From assembly GCA_039964305.1 (NCBI GenBank), contig JBDVXS010000142.1, forward strand, positions 731 to 64,730: DNA of 64,000 nt, in the 5' to 3' direction. Origin of the DNA: Hyphomicrobiales bacterium. Its GTDB lineage: Bacteria > Pseudomonadota > Alphaproteobacteria > Rhizobiales > JACESI01. Position 1 is the stretch's first letter; every line of letters starts with the position of its first letter. The notes below the pieces were generated by a model. It ran no database searches. It had not been told where the DNA came from and was given only the letters and a program-made list of their open reading frames with translations. Both the position numbers and the translations under genes were made by a program. Positions 28,683-38,099 of the stretch are shown here, one piece after another.

Positions 28683-31600
28683 ATGGGCAGGAATGCCTTG
28701 ACAAGTGATTCGTGGAGCATTGCGACACGTTCGGCATTCATGATCAATTCGCTAGTGCGGGAGATAACGGTGAACCTTAGGCAGACAGCTGCAAAGAAAG
28801 CGCATAGTCCTGATCAAGGCTATGGCACGCTTGAACATCAAGCTGAGAACGCTGCCCGCTTGGCGGGCAAAAGCGTTGAAGAGTGGCTTCAAGACGTTAT
28901 CAACGAGCAAACCACTGCTTTGAATGCGGCGGCCAATCACGGCGCGGCTGAGCAAGATGATGCGGATTATAGTGCCAAATCTGCCGTTCTCAATGAACTG
29001 GTCGATCGTGTGCGACATTTGGAAAATTCGTTCGAGGCAAACCAACAACCACAGTTTGCAGAAGCGAACACCGATTCTCTATCAAGTGCTCTTGATAGCG
29101 CCGCTCGCACATTGAATAACAATTATGATGAGGATGCCCGTGCGCTGATTGAAGGCATTCGCGCCCGTGCCCAAAGCCAGAACCAATTGCCGCCTAATCC
29201 GCCACAAGCGGCACCCGCTCAACCGCAAGGTATGCCTTTCGCTCAAAATCCAGCGTTTAATCCGCACGATGCCAATGCTGACCGTATGATGGAAATGCTT
29301 GGTACGCTTGGATATTTGGAACAACAACTGAAAGCTAATTTGCAACAAGTAAATCCGCAACCAGCGGTGATGATGCAAGCAGCGCCTCAACAACAAGTTT
29401 ATGCGCAACCGGCTGTTGCAGCTGTTGGCATGCCAATGCCAGCACCACAAGTGGCTCCTGCTCCTGCTCCTGCTGCGCCAGCGGCCCCAGTTGAGGATCA
29501 AGAAGGTGCGATGCGTCTATCAAGACTTGAAGACCAGCTTGCCCGCATTGAAAAACATCTGACAACTCCTGAAGAACCTAAATCATCGGATGAGCCAGAA
29601 CAGGACGAAGATCAGGTCTACAGACCGAAGAGAAATCGTCGTACTAAACGCAGCACCAAATCTGGTGGTTCTGGTGAGGCACCAATCCTGTCTAAATCAA
29701 GCCATAAAATGGGCAAAAAGCAGGGTAATCAGGCTTTGCGCCAAGCAATGGGCGCGATTGTTGATCAACACGCCGATGGCGATATGGAGCGCGACGATGC
29801 ATCTGCCAACGTTGCCGATGCTGCGCAAACAGCGCGTCAGAATGTGGGTCGCCGTGAAACGGATCAGCATTTCCAAGCGTTGATGACAAAAATTGAGGCG
29901 CTTAGTGCCGGGGCAACGGACCGCGATGTTATTGAAAACCTCAAAGGCGAATTATCCGCCTTAAAAGGTGAAGTGACTGCTGCAAACGCACAAACTAGTT
30001 TCGCGGGTCAAAATATACATGATGAAGTCAAACGGCTTCGGACTATTATCGCTACAATGCAAGAAAGCAGTATCGATTCCGCCCTTGGTTCTCGCCTAGA
30101 AACTCTAGAAACAGATGTGAACCGGATCGCCGAGTTCCTTTTGAAATCGCCAGACCTTTCTGCCGTGCCAGAAGATACATCGAAGTTGCAAAGTGAGTTG
30201 AACCGCCTCTCAGACGGTCTGCTTGCTGTCATCGACAGAACTGAACAAACCACAAGCCGTAACGGCGGGTTGGTTGTGTCGCAGTTGCAGGAAAATCTAT
30301 CGGAGTTGCGCAATGACATCATGTCAAACATGCAGCAACTCAATATTCCGTCCAACGTAGCAGGCGCAGTCTCAAGCAGCCTCGAAGATCGTTTTAACAC
30401 TCTTCAAACCGATTTTAATGACTCATTGTCTGCTTTGAATGGTGAAGTGGCAGGGCTCGGATCAGGCTTGAAAGATCAAGTGTCAATCATCAGTGCTCAA
30501 GTGCATTCTGCAACAGAACGCCTAGAGGCATTGGGTGATGCTCGAAATGGCGATGCAGTTGCTGTTGAAAAGTTTGCGCAAATGGAAGGGCGGCTTGTGA
30601 AAGCTGCTGAGCGCCTTGAAGCTGCGAGTATGGATGCTGCAAGTGCGCAAGGGGAAACGCCTGCAAGCCTTCTTCAATTGCCAGTTGACCTTGTGACCGA
30701 GCAAGGTTTGCGTAGTGAACTTAGTGAGTTTGCAACATCGCTCGGCTTAACGCTTGAAAGCGGTCAATCATCAATGGTCAAGCGTATTGACGACGCGTTG
30801 GCCAAACTTGATATGTTTGCCGACCAGCAAGATAAGATGATTGAGGATGTCGCCCGTCGTTCAGCTGAAAAAACGGTTCAGCAGATGGGAACCGTGAACA
30901 TTGCTGCAAGTGATGACCCAGCCGATACATCTTTGATGATGTCCGACTTAACGCAAATCCGTCAAATGGCGGATCAACTTATTCAAAACAATTCCTCTTC
31001 CTTCATGTCCGTTCACGGGCTACTCGATGGTGTCGCCGGACGACTTGCTAGCCTTGAACAACAAGGCAATGTTACTCCCGAAGGGGATAATGCGTCATCT
31101 GCTGCATTGGCCGCTGAGTTACAAGATTTGCGTAACTATCTGTCTGGCATGAAAACATCGGCAGATGATCTTTCAGCAGAAACACGTTCATCATTCCATT
31201 CTGTAAAAGACATGCTTTCGCGCGTGTCAGATCGCCTTACTGTTTTGGAAGCTAGTGGGGCGGCGGCAGCTCCATTGGTGGCATCAGTTGCGACCTTTGA
31301 AAATGAAGATGTTGATGCTTTTGATGACGAACAGACTTTGGATGAAGACGTAAAAGTCCCAGAAGAGCCAGCTGTGCGTGCGTCTTCTGCTCCAACAGAA
31401 GAAGAAGTCATGCAGCGCATGCGTGACCACGTAAAGGCTCGTGAGCCTGATGCGCCAATTTTAGTGCCCGCTGATGATGATGTGCCGATTGAACCTGGTT
31501 CTGGTCGTCCCGTCATTCAAGTTGAAGCTGAGCCTGATTTAGACAACACCCAAAAGCAACTCGCGCATGATGAGATAGCGCCTCAATTTGAAGATGAACA

Positions 31601-33302
31601 TGAAGATGATGACTTTGACAGGGATGTTGAAGATCAAACGTCAGATAGCAAAACCGGATCAAGGTCAGATTTCATTCAAGCTGCTCGCCGCGCCGCACAA
31701 GCGGCGGCTGCTGAACAAGCGCTGCAATTGGACGACGAACCTAAAAAGGGAAAATCTTCTCTTTCAGCAATTCGTGACCGTATAAACAAGGTTGCGCGCG
31801 GTGGACGAAAAAGCGTTGTTGAAGATCATAACGACGATCATGACCAAGAAAATGTCACAGTTTTAGAACTCGACAAAAAATCTGCCATTGAACCAGATAT
31901 GACGGATCCTGTTTTGGATGGGATGAATGAAAAGCCAAGTGAGTTTAGTGACGATTTGGCTGATCATCTTGCTGAAGAGAAGCCAAAGAGTGGGCCACTT
32001 CGTACAGCCTTGATGGCGTCCGTTTTTGTGGCGATTCTTTCAATCAGCGGCTATCTACTCAAAGAGCCAATCAACAAATTAATTACGGGCAAGTTTGCAA
32101 GTACGGCGTCACAACAACTCCCACCACCGGTTGTGACGAAACCAGCCGTAGTGAAAAAAGCCGTGCCACAAGAAGCTGCAAAGTCAGAAGTAAGCCCGAC
32201 GGCTAATTCTGGAGAAGCAACGACGCCTCCTGAAGCTGTTATTGATCTTAATGCTTCAAGCTTACCCCCATCATTGGATGATGCAGACGCCGTTTCTGAC
32301 ATCATTGATGGAACTGAAATTGTTGACCCAAGCACCACACAATCAATTACGCGACAGCTAGATTTTAATGAAGCCTCACCGCAAAGTGGCGCGATCCGCG
32401 ATGCGATGAAGTTATTGCCGAAAGACAAAGTATCTGAAAAATTATCTGATGCATTGTTAGAGGGTGACCCGACAGCCCTTCTGGAAGTTGGTCGTCGCTT
32501 TGGTGAGGGCGCAATTTTTGAGCGTGATCTTAAAAAGTCTGCGTTTTGGTATGAGCAAGCCGCCGCACAAGGATCAGCGATTGCAAAGTTCCGCCTTGGT
32601 ACTCTTTATGAGGACGGTGTTGGCGTTCCTAAAAACCCGATTGAAGCAAAACGTTGGTATATCGAAGCTGCTGATGAGGGCAATGCCCGCGCAATGCACA
32701 ATCTTGCGGTGCTCCATGCTGAAGGGGCGCTTGGTCGTCCTGACTTTGAAGGGGCTTTCCAATGGTTTGAGAAGGGCGCTAATCATGGTGTCAAAGATAG
32801 CCAATTTAACGTCGGCATTTTGTATGTCCGAGGCCTTGGTGTCCAAGCAAGTCTAATACAGGCCTATAAGTGGTTTGATGTTGTTGCCAAAGTTGGGGAC
32901 CTCGATGCGGCTGAAAAGCGTAATGAAATAGCTAAAGCATTGCCCGCAGATCAACTCAAAGATGCCAAGGCTGCAAGTGCCGCCTATAAGCCAATTCCGA
33001 TCAAAGTGGATGCGAATGTCATTTCGCCATCACCAGATTTTTGGTTGAAGGGTTCTAAGCTTGCCTTTGGTAAAACGCCAAATGGTTTGAACAAGTCGAC
33101 CCCGAAGAGAAAAGGTTCGCCACAAGTGCGCGAAGCTCAGCTTCTCCTTAATCGATTAGGCTTTAAAACGGGCGTTCCTGATGGGCTTGTTGGTAAGAGA
33201 ACGCGAGATGCTGTGAGAGCATTCGAATATGAAATCGGAATGCCGCAAACGGGTAGAGTGAATAAAAACTTGATCCAGTTGCTCAAGTCACAGAGCATTT
33301 AA
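28683..33302 (+). CDS. podJ: PodJ-like polar organising protein (coiled-coil/low-complexity cytoplasmic region, one TM, periplasmic Sel1 repeats, C-terminal peptidoglycan-binding domain)
   Basis: 1539-aa ORF. The single TM helix is LRTALMASVFVAILSISGYLL (about nt 31990-32060). There are at least 3 Sel1 repeats (AFWYEQAAAQGSAIAKFRLGTLYEDGVGVPKN..., about 32530-32900). The PG_binding_1 motif is REAQLLLNRLGFKTGVPDGLVGKRTRDAVRAFEYEIGMPQTG (about 33120-33290). Alternative starts are ATG 28740 and GTG 28770, the latter preceded by GGGAGA. Confidence 0.7.
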   Translation: MGRNALTSDSWSIATRSAFMINSLVREITVNLRQTAAKKAHSPDQGYGTLEHQAENAARLAGKSVEEWLQDVINEQTTALNAAANHGAAEQDDADYSAKSAVLNELVDRVRHLENSFEANQQPQFAEANTDSLSSALDSAARTLNNNYDEDARALIEGIRARAQSQNQLPPNPPQAAPAQPQGMPFAQNPAFNPHDANADRMMEMLGTLGYLEQQLKANLQQVNPQPAVMMQAAPQQQVYAQPAVAAVGMPMPAPQVAPAPAPAAPAAPVEDQEGAMRLSRLEDQLARIEKHLTTPEEPKSSDEPEQDEDQVYRPKRNRRTKRSTKSGGSGEAPILSKSSHKMGKKQGNQALRQAMGAIVDQHADGDMERDDASANVADAAQTARQNVGRRETDQHFQALMTKIEALSAGATDRDVIENLKGELSALKGEVTAANAQTSFAGQNIHDEVKRLRTIIATMQESSIDSALGSRLETLETDVNRIAEFLLKSPDLSAVPEDTSKLQSELNRLSDGLLAVIDRTEQTTSRNGGLVVSQLQENLSELRNDIMSNMQQLNIPSNVAGAVSSSLEDRFNTLQTDFNDSLSALNGEVAGLGSGLKDQVSIISAQVHSATERLEALGDARNGDAVAVEKFAQMEGRLVKAAERLEAASMDAASAQGETPASLLQLPVDLVTEQGLRSELSEFATSLGLTLESGQSSMVKRIDDALAKLDMFADQQDKMIEDVARRSAEKTVQQMGTVNIAASDDPADTSLMMSDLTQIRQMADQLIQNNSSSFMSVHGLLDGVAGRLASLEQQGNVTPEGDNASSAALAAELQDLRNYLSGMKTSADDLSAETRSSFHSVKDMLSRVSDRLTVLEASGAAAAPLVASVATFENEDVDAFDDEQTLDEDVKVPEEPAVRASSAPTEEEVMQRMRDHVKAREPDAPILVPADDDVPIEPGSGRPVIQVEAEPDLDNTQKQLAHDEIAPQFEDEHEDDDFDRDVEDQTSDSKTGSRSDFIQAARRAAQAAAAEQALQLDDEPKKGKSSLSAIRDRINKVARGGRKSVVEDHNDDHDQENVTVLELDKKSAIEPDMTDPVLDGMNEKPSEFSDDLADHLAEEKPKSGPLRTALMASVFVAILSISGYLLKEPINKLITGKFASTASQQLPPPVVTKPAVVKKAVPQEAAKSEVSPTANSGEATTPPEAVIDLNASSLPPSLDDADAVSDIIDGTEIVDPSTTQSITRQLDFNEASPQSGAIRDAMKLLPKDKVSEKLSDALLEGDPTALLEVGRRFGEGAIFERDLKKSAFWYEQAAAQGSAIAKFRLGTLYEDGVGVPKNPIEAKRWYIEAADEGNARAMHNLAVLHAEGALGRPDFEGAFQWFEKGANHGVKDSQFNVGILYVRGLGVQASLIQAYKWFDVVAKVGDLDAAEKRNEIAKALPADQLKDAKAASAAYKPIPIKVDANVISPSPDFWLKGSKLAFGKTPNGLNKSTPKRKGSPQVREAQLLLNRLGFKTGVPDGLVGKRTRDAVRAFEYEIGMPQTGRVNKNLIQLLKSQSI

Positions 33303-33342
33303 GGCCAGCGACCAAACCAAAGGCCTGCGAAATAATTCAAAA

Positions 33343-33379
33343 GCTGTCGTGAAGATGTCTTCTTCACGGCAGCTTTTTT
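33343..33379 (+). terminator. rho-independent terminator after the podJ-like gene
   Basis: A 13-bp stem (GCTGTCGTGAAGA-tgtc-TCTTCACGGCAGC, one G-U pair) is followed by TTTTTT. Confidence 0.8.
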
Positions 33380-33410
33380 GTATCCTGAGTTCAGGCGGCA
33401 AGACACAAAA

Positions 33411-33465
33411 GCCAAGCACGCCAAGCACGCCAAGCCACGCCAAGTAAGCCAAGCATACCAAGCCC
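33411..33465. repeat. short imperfect tandem repeat, about 6 copies of GCCAAGYAY (9-10 nt unit)
   Basis: GCCAAGCAC GCCAAGCAC GCCAAGCCAC GCCAAGTAA GCCAAGCATA CCAAGCCC, read directly. It lies in the spacer between the convergent podJ-like and GGDEF genes. Confidence 0.7.
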
Positions 33466-33484
33466 GTTTATTTCGTTCATTTCT

Positions 33485-34705
33485 TTATGCGGAAGGGTAT
33501 TGGACGATGGTTGTTGAAGGTTGTTCTTCAGGTGCCACAGGTTCCAGATGCGTTTGATCAAGGCACACACGATTGCGTCCTTTTTCTTTTGCAAGATAAA
33601 GTGCTTGGTCTGCGCGGTGGTAAAGCTCTTCTGAAATTTCGCCGGTCTTAAGCGTCGCAACACCGAAACTTGAGGTAAGTTTTTTATGCTTCGGCATGCC
33701 TTCAAATTGGGCGGCTTGAAATTGCGTCCGCATATTCTCAGCCACTAAGCGGGCACCAGCTGCGTCTGCATTCCACAAAACGATGCAAAATTCTTCGCCA
33801 CCAATGCGGGCGACAAGATCAGTTTTGCGGGAGCATTCTGTCAATAACTTGCCAAAGGTTGCAATCACGCGGTCACCGGTCTGGTGGCCATACGTGTCGT
33901 TGACTGATTTGAAGTGATCAATATCGGCAATGATCATGCTCAAAGGAAGCGGGCTGCGTTCAAGTTTACGGAAGATAGCTTCATACTCTTCTTCGAAGGC
34001 CCGGCGCGTCTTAAGCCCTGTCAAAAGATCTGTGCTTGAAATGCTTCTGATTATTTTCAACATGTCATCCGTCAAAATGGAGATAATGCTTAAGCCTGCG
34101 ACCATGACCATTAAAATGATGCCGAAGTTGAACAACATCCAGCTTGCTGAGTGTTGATAATTAGCCGCCAACGGTGCGTTTGGCTGCGCGTACATAACAA
34201 ACGGAAAGGCCGCGCAAAAAATCGAAAATGTGAATAGAATGACACTGATGGAGCGATGGTTGGATATTTGTTCTGAATTTGCATCCTTGAGCCAGATCCA
34301 CCCACAAACAAAAAGCAACACGGCTTGTACGCCGTTAACAGGAGCCAGCCGAAGGGCGGCCAGATCAGAGCTGGTGATGGCAATGTAGCCTGCAATTAAA
34401 CCAATAACGCCTGTCGCTGAAATCAGGGCGTAAGGCGTCTTAACCTTTGCTCGTGCACAACTGCCCAAGATCAACAATCCCAAGCTTACGGTATCAAGCA
34501 CGACGGCGATGATTATATTTGGATAAGACAAGCCAGGGATGAGGTTGTGCGAAAGCAAAATGCTGAGAGAGCAAAGCGCAAATGCACCAGCAAATGCCAA
34601 GATATGGCGCGCCTCTGTTTGTCGCGACCAAAACACGAAAAAATTCATGCTTATTAGAAACGCAATAATCGGGGCTAAGAAGCCAAAAAGTAGCTGTTCC
34701 TGCAT
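33485..34705 (-). CDS. diguanylate cyclase (GGDEF) with a multi-pass membrane N-terminal domain
   Basis: The C-terminal GGDEF domain has the active site RIGGEEFCIVL and an RxxD I-site (RKTD) five residues upstream. The N-terminal 210 aa or so form about 7 hydrophobic helices. Confidence 0.85.
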   Translation of the reverse strand: MQEQLLFGFLAPIIAFLISMNFFVFWSRQTEARHILAFAGAFALCSLSILLSHNLIPGLSYPNIIIAVVLDTVSLGLLILGSCARAKVKTPYALISATGVIGLIAGYIAITSSDLAALRLAPVNGVQAVLLFVCGWIWLKDANSEQISNHRSISVILFTFSIFCAAFPFVMYAQPNAPLAANYQHSASWMLFNFGIILMVMVAGLSIISILTDDMLKIIRSISSTDLLTGLKTRRAFEEEYEAIFRKLERSPLPLSMIIADIDHFKSVNDTYGHQTGDRVIATFGKLLTECSRKTDLVARIGGEEFCIVLWNADAAGARLVAENMRTQFQAAQFEGMPKHKKLTSSFGVATLKTGEISEELYHRADQALYLAKEKGRNRVCLDQTHLEPVAPEEQPSTTIVQYPSA

Positions 34706-34869
34706 GAGATTCGAATTTCATCCTGTTGAAGTGCTATCAAACCAGTAAAAAGTTAATTTTTCTTAACCAATAGGTAATTGCTCGGAAATTTGGCCCTAAG
34801 CGGATGAGTGTTGTGGATTTTTGGTATAAGATCAGTTAAACCACGGGCAAAATAGAAAAGGCCCTCCGT

Positions 34870-35484
34870 ATGACCATTCGTTTCCATATTGGCGATTTAC
34901 CGAATTTGGACAAATACACTGGCGATGTTGCAATCGATACCGAAGCAATGGGCTTGAACCCACATCGTGATCGGCTTTGCGTTGTACAATTGTCTCCAGG
35001 TGATGGCAGCGCTGATGTTGTGCAGATTAAAGCGGGTCAAAGTGAAGCGCCTAACATTCAAGCGTTGCTGGCTGATCAAAGTAAAACCAAAATTTTCCAT
35101 TTTGCTCGCTTCGATGTTGCATTGCTGGAGCACAGTTTTGGTACAGTGACGATGCCAATCTTCTGCACAAAGATCGCCTCGCGCCTTACACGGACCTATA
35201 CCGATCGCCATGGATTGAAAGATCTCACCCGCGAATTGTTGGATGTGGATATTTCAAAACAGCAGCAAAGTTCTGATTGGGGTGCTGACAAGTTGTCTGA
35301 TGCGCAACTTGCTTATGCTGCATCTGATGTTCTCCATCTTCATGCCATGCGCGATATTTTGGTTCAAAGGTTGGCTCGCGAAGACAGAACAGACATTGCG
35401 AATGCTTGTTTTCAATTCCTCCCAACACGGACAAAACTTGACCTAATTGGTTGGCCTGAAACGGATATTTTCGCGCATTCCTAA
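34870..35484 (+). CDS. rnd: 3'-5' exonuclease, short RNase D-like (DEDDy)
   Basis: The Exo motifs are VAIDTEAMGL, HFARFDVALL and YAASDVLHLH. The size of 204 aa and the position upstream of lptC are as in many Rhizobiales. Confidence 0.8.
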   Translation: MTIRFHIGDLPNLDKYTGDVAIDTEAMGLNPHRDRLCVVQLSPGDGSADVVQIKAGQSEAPNIQALLADQSKTKIFHFARFDVALLEHSFGTVTMPIFCTKIASRLTRTYTDRHGLKDLTRELLDVDISKQQQSSDWGADKLSDAQLAYAASDVLHLHAMRDILVQRLAREDRTDIANACFQFLPTRTKLDLIGWPETDIFAHS

Positions 35485-35737
35485 ATTTGGCCGTAAATTT
35501 ACCTCTCAATTAAGGCTTAATACCTTGGGGGTATGGTTGGCCTGTCTGGTTGATTGAACAACAAAGTGTTTGCTTTGAGGATTGGCGGCATTTATCCATT
35601 GGAGTGGTTTTCGTAAGAGACCATTCAAGCTTGAATCGCTATTATTACATTCTGTGTTATTCTGTTACTCAGCATTAATACGCGAAAAAAGTGTTGACGA
35701 GTTAATTGAAACGACTGGGGACTTTCTGAGTGCTTGT

Positions 35738-36505
35738 ATGAACGCGCATGATCCTAAAACTCACCAACTAGCACAGGGCTTAACGGCGCCTAATGCTGAA
35801 GTGCGTTCGCCGGTTCAGGCAGCTGTGCAAGCAACGTCACCAGAAATTCAGCCGCAGCCTACCGCGGCGCAAAGAAATGCAGCTGAACAAAAGAAGTTCC
35901 ATTTGGCCCGGCGCTATTCGCGTCGTGTGCGTGGTTTGAAACTAGGCCTGCCGATCATGGGCGCTATCTTCATTATCGCCTTTATCGGCGTCGCCACAAC
36001 AGCGCACTATTTGGAAACACCGTTCGGTATTGCCACCATTGATTTAACGGACGGCCAAGTTGTGATGGACAGCCCAACCCTAAACGGTTTTACGGCCAGT
36101 GATTCGGCCTATGAAATTGTGGCAAGTCGTGCGCTGCAAGATTTGAACGATCCCAAAAAAGTATTGCTTGAGAAAATTGGCGCAACCTTGACGCTCACCG
36201 ACGGCAATGTGGTTTCCGTTAAGGCCAATAATGGGAAGTTTGACATTGAAGGTGAAAACCTCCGCCTCAGCGCTGGTGTGAAAGTTCACATGAGTGCTGG
36301 CTATGAAGCTGAACTTGATAATGCCGTAATTGACATTAAAACTGGCGTCTTAAAGAGCGACCAACCTGTTTTAATCAAGGCCGACATCGGTGAGATTCGA
36401 GCCAATAGTATAATTGTACGAGATAATGGAAACTTTATCTTCTTCGAAGACCGTGTGCGTATGGTTGTGCAGCCCAATAAAATTCGTCGCAAACCACAAT
36501 CATAG
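35738..36505 (+). CDS. lptC: LPS export system protein LptC
   Basis: A single N-terminal TM helix (LGLPIMGAIFIIAFIGVATTAHY) is followed by a beta-rich OstA-like region. It lies immediately upstream of lptA-lptB. The start was chosen at ATG 35738, whereas the track ORF opens at 35582. Confidence 0.65.
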   Translation: MNAHDPKTHQLAQGLTAPNAEVRSPVQAAVQATSPEIQPQPTAAQRNAAEQKKFHLARRYSRRVRGLKLGLPIMGAIFIIAFIGVATTAHYLETPFGIATIDLTDGQVVMDSPTLNGFTASDSAYEIVASRALQDLNDPKKVLLEKIGATLTLTDGNVVSVKANNGKFDIEGENLRLSAGVKVHMSAGYEAELDNAVIDIKTGVLKSDQPVLIKADIGEIRANSIIVRDNGNFIFFEDRVRMVVQPNKIRRKPQS

Positions 36506-36535
36506 TTGGTACGTGGACAAGGAATAATTCACTAC

Positions 36536-37090
36536 ATGGTAACATCTGTCACAAAACTACTGCTTGCAATTATGCTCTTGCCATTGATGATGCTGGAGCT
36601 TGCGAGTGCCCAAGCAACGGGCGATGCGTTTTCAGGTTTCCGCTCTGATAACAATGAGCCAATCCAAATTGAAGCTGATAGTCTTGAAGTTCGCGATGCT
36701 GAAAAGCGTGCTGTCTTCAAAGGCAATGTCGATGTTCGCCAAGGGCCAACCACCATGAAGACTGCACGTTTAGACGTGTTTTATGATGGCTCTGTTAGTG
36801 CGGGCGGAGTAGGCGGCAATCAAGGCATCAGCCGGATTGAAGCAAAAGGCAAAGTGATTGTAACCTCTGGTAGCAATACCGCCACAGGCGGCCGAGCCGT
36901 CTTCAACATGAAAACTCAAATCGTGGTCATGTCTGGCGGTCGTGTGGTGTTGACCCAATGTAACAACGTTATCGTGGGTAAAAAATTGACAGTTAACTTG
37001 ACCAACAACAAGGCTTCACTGTCAGGCGGACGCGTATCAGCTGTGCTGGACCGAAGAGAAGCGTCAGGTGGAAAGAAGAAGTGTAACTAG
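36536..37090 (+). CDS. lptA: LPS transport periplasmic protein LptA (OstA-like)
   Basis: The signal peptide is MVTSVTKLLLAIMLLPLMMLELASAQA. The OstA_N pattern is PIQIEADSLEVRDAEKRAVFKGNVDVRQG..L.A..L.VFY. Confidence 0.8.
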   Translation: MVTSVTKLLLAIMLLPLMMLELASAQATGDAFSGFRSDNNEPIQIEADSLEVRDAEKRAVFKGNVDVRQGPTTMKTARLDVFYDGSVSAGGVGGNQGISRIEAKGKVIVTSGSNTATGGRAVFNMKTQIVVMSGGRVVLTQCNNVIVGKKLTVNLTNNKASLSGGRVSAVLDRREASGGKKKCN

Positions 37091-37178
37091 GGAGCTTTCC
37101 TGCCCATCCCTGTTTAAACAGTTATACGTTTTCAAAAATTTTCTGACAAATTATGCCAAACCAGCTACATAGAGCAGC

Positions 37179-37973
37179 ATGAACCGACACACTGATCCTT
37201 CCACCTTGCAGCCAACACAGGCAGCCGAATCGTTGCGTGACAACACGGGGCGTGGATGGTTGATCGCGAAAAACATCAAAAAAAGCTATAATGGCCGCAC
37301 GGTCGTTGATGGTGCCAGTCTTGCAATTGGCCGTGGTGAAGCGGTTGGCCTTTTAGGCCCGAACGGCGCTGGCAAGACCACGACGTTTTACATGATCACT
37401 GGTTTGGTGCGTGCGGATCAAGGGCAAATCTATCTCGATCGACACGATATTTCCCCTCTACCGATGTATCGCCGTGCGCGTCTTGGCATTGGTTATTTAC
37501 CGCAGGAAGCCTCTATTTTTCGTGGGCTGAGTGTTGAAAATAACATCAAGGCCGTCTTGGAAGTTGTGGAGCCAGACAAAAAGCGCCGTAAAGAAGACCT
37601 TGAAAATCTTTTGCATGAGTTTGGCATCGAGCATTTGCGTAAATCGCCTTCAATCGCCCTTTCCGGTGGTGAGCGACGTCGTTGCGAAATTGCCCGTACT
37701 CTTGCAAGCAGACCTAACTTTGTGCTGCTTGATGAACCGTTTGCGGGCATTGATCCGATTGCGGTTGGTGACATTCAGGTACTGGTTAAACATTTGACCC
37801 GTCGCGGTATTGGTGTGTTGATTACCGATCATAATGTGCGCGAAACTTTGGGTGTGATTGACCGTGCCTATATTATCCACTCTGGCCAAGTGTTGACCCA
37901 AGGAACACCGCAAACCATTATTGCAAATCCAGATGTTCGCCGTCTTTATTTGGGCGACCAATTCACTCTTTAG
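37179..37973 (+). CDS. lptB: LPS export ABC transporter ATP-binding protein LptB
   Basis: Walker A is GPNGAGKTT, the signature motif is LSGGERRR, Walker B is FVLLDEPFAGID and the H-loop is ITDHN. Confidence 0.92.
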   Translation: MNRHTDPSTLQPTQAAESLRDNTGRGWLIAKNIKKSYNGRTVVDGASLAIGRGEAVGLLGPNGAGKTTTFYMITGLVRADQGQIYLDRHDISPLPMYRRARLGIGYLPQEASIFRGLSVENNIKAVLEVVEPDKKRRKEDLENLLHEFGIEHLRKSPSIALSGGERRRCEIARTLASRPNFVLLDEPFAGIDPIAVGDIQVLVKHLTRRGIGVLITDHNVRETLGVIDRAYIIHSGQVLTQGTPQTIIANPDVRRLYLGDQFTL

Positions 37974-38099
37974 CAAATTTTGGTAGAGTTTTTCTGCGCA
38001 TTTACACTTTAAACGGATTTATGCTTTAAGTGTAAAGCAAGAGTCGGACCAGTTTTGGTTTGTCAGCGAAAAAACTTGACCGAAAGGCATGCGAAAGCG

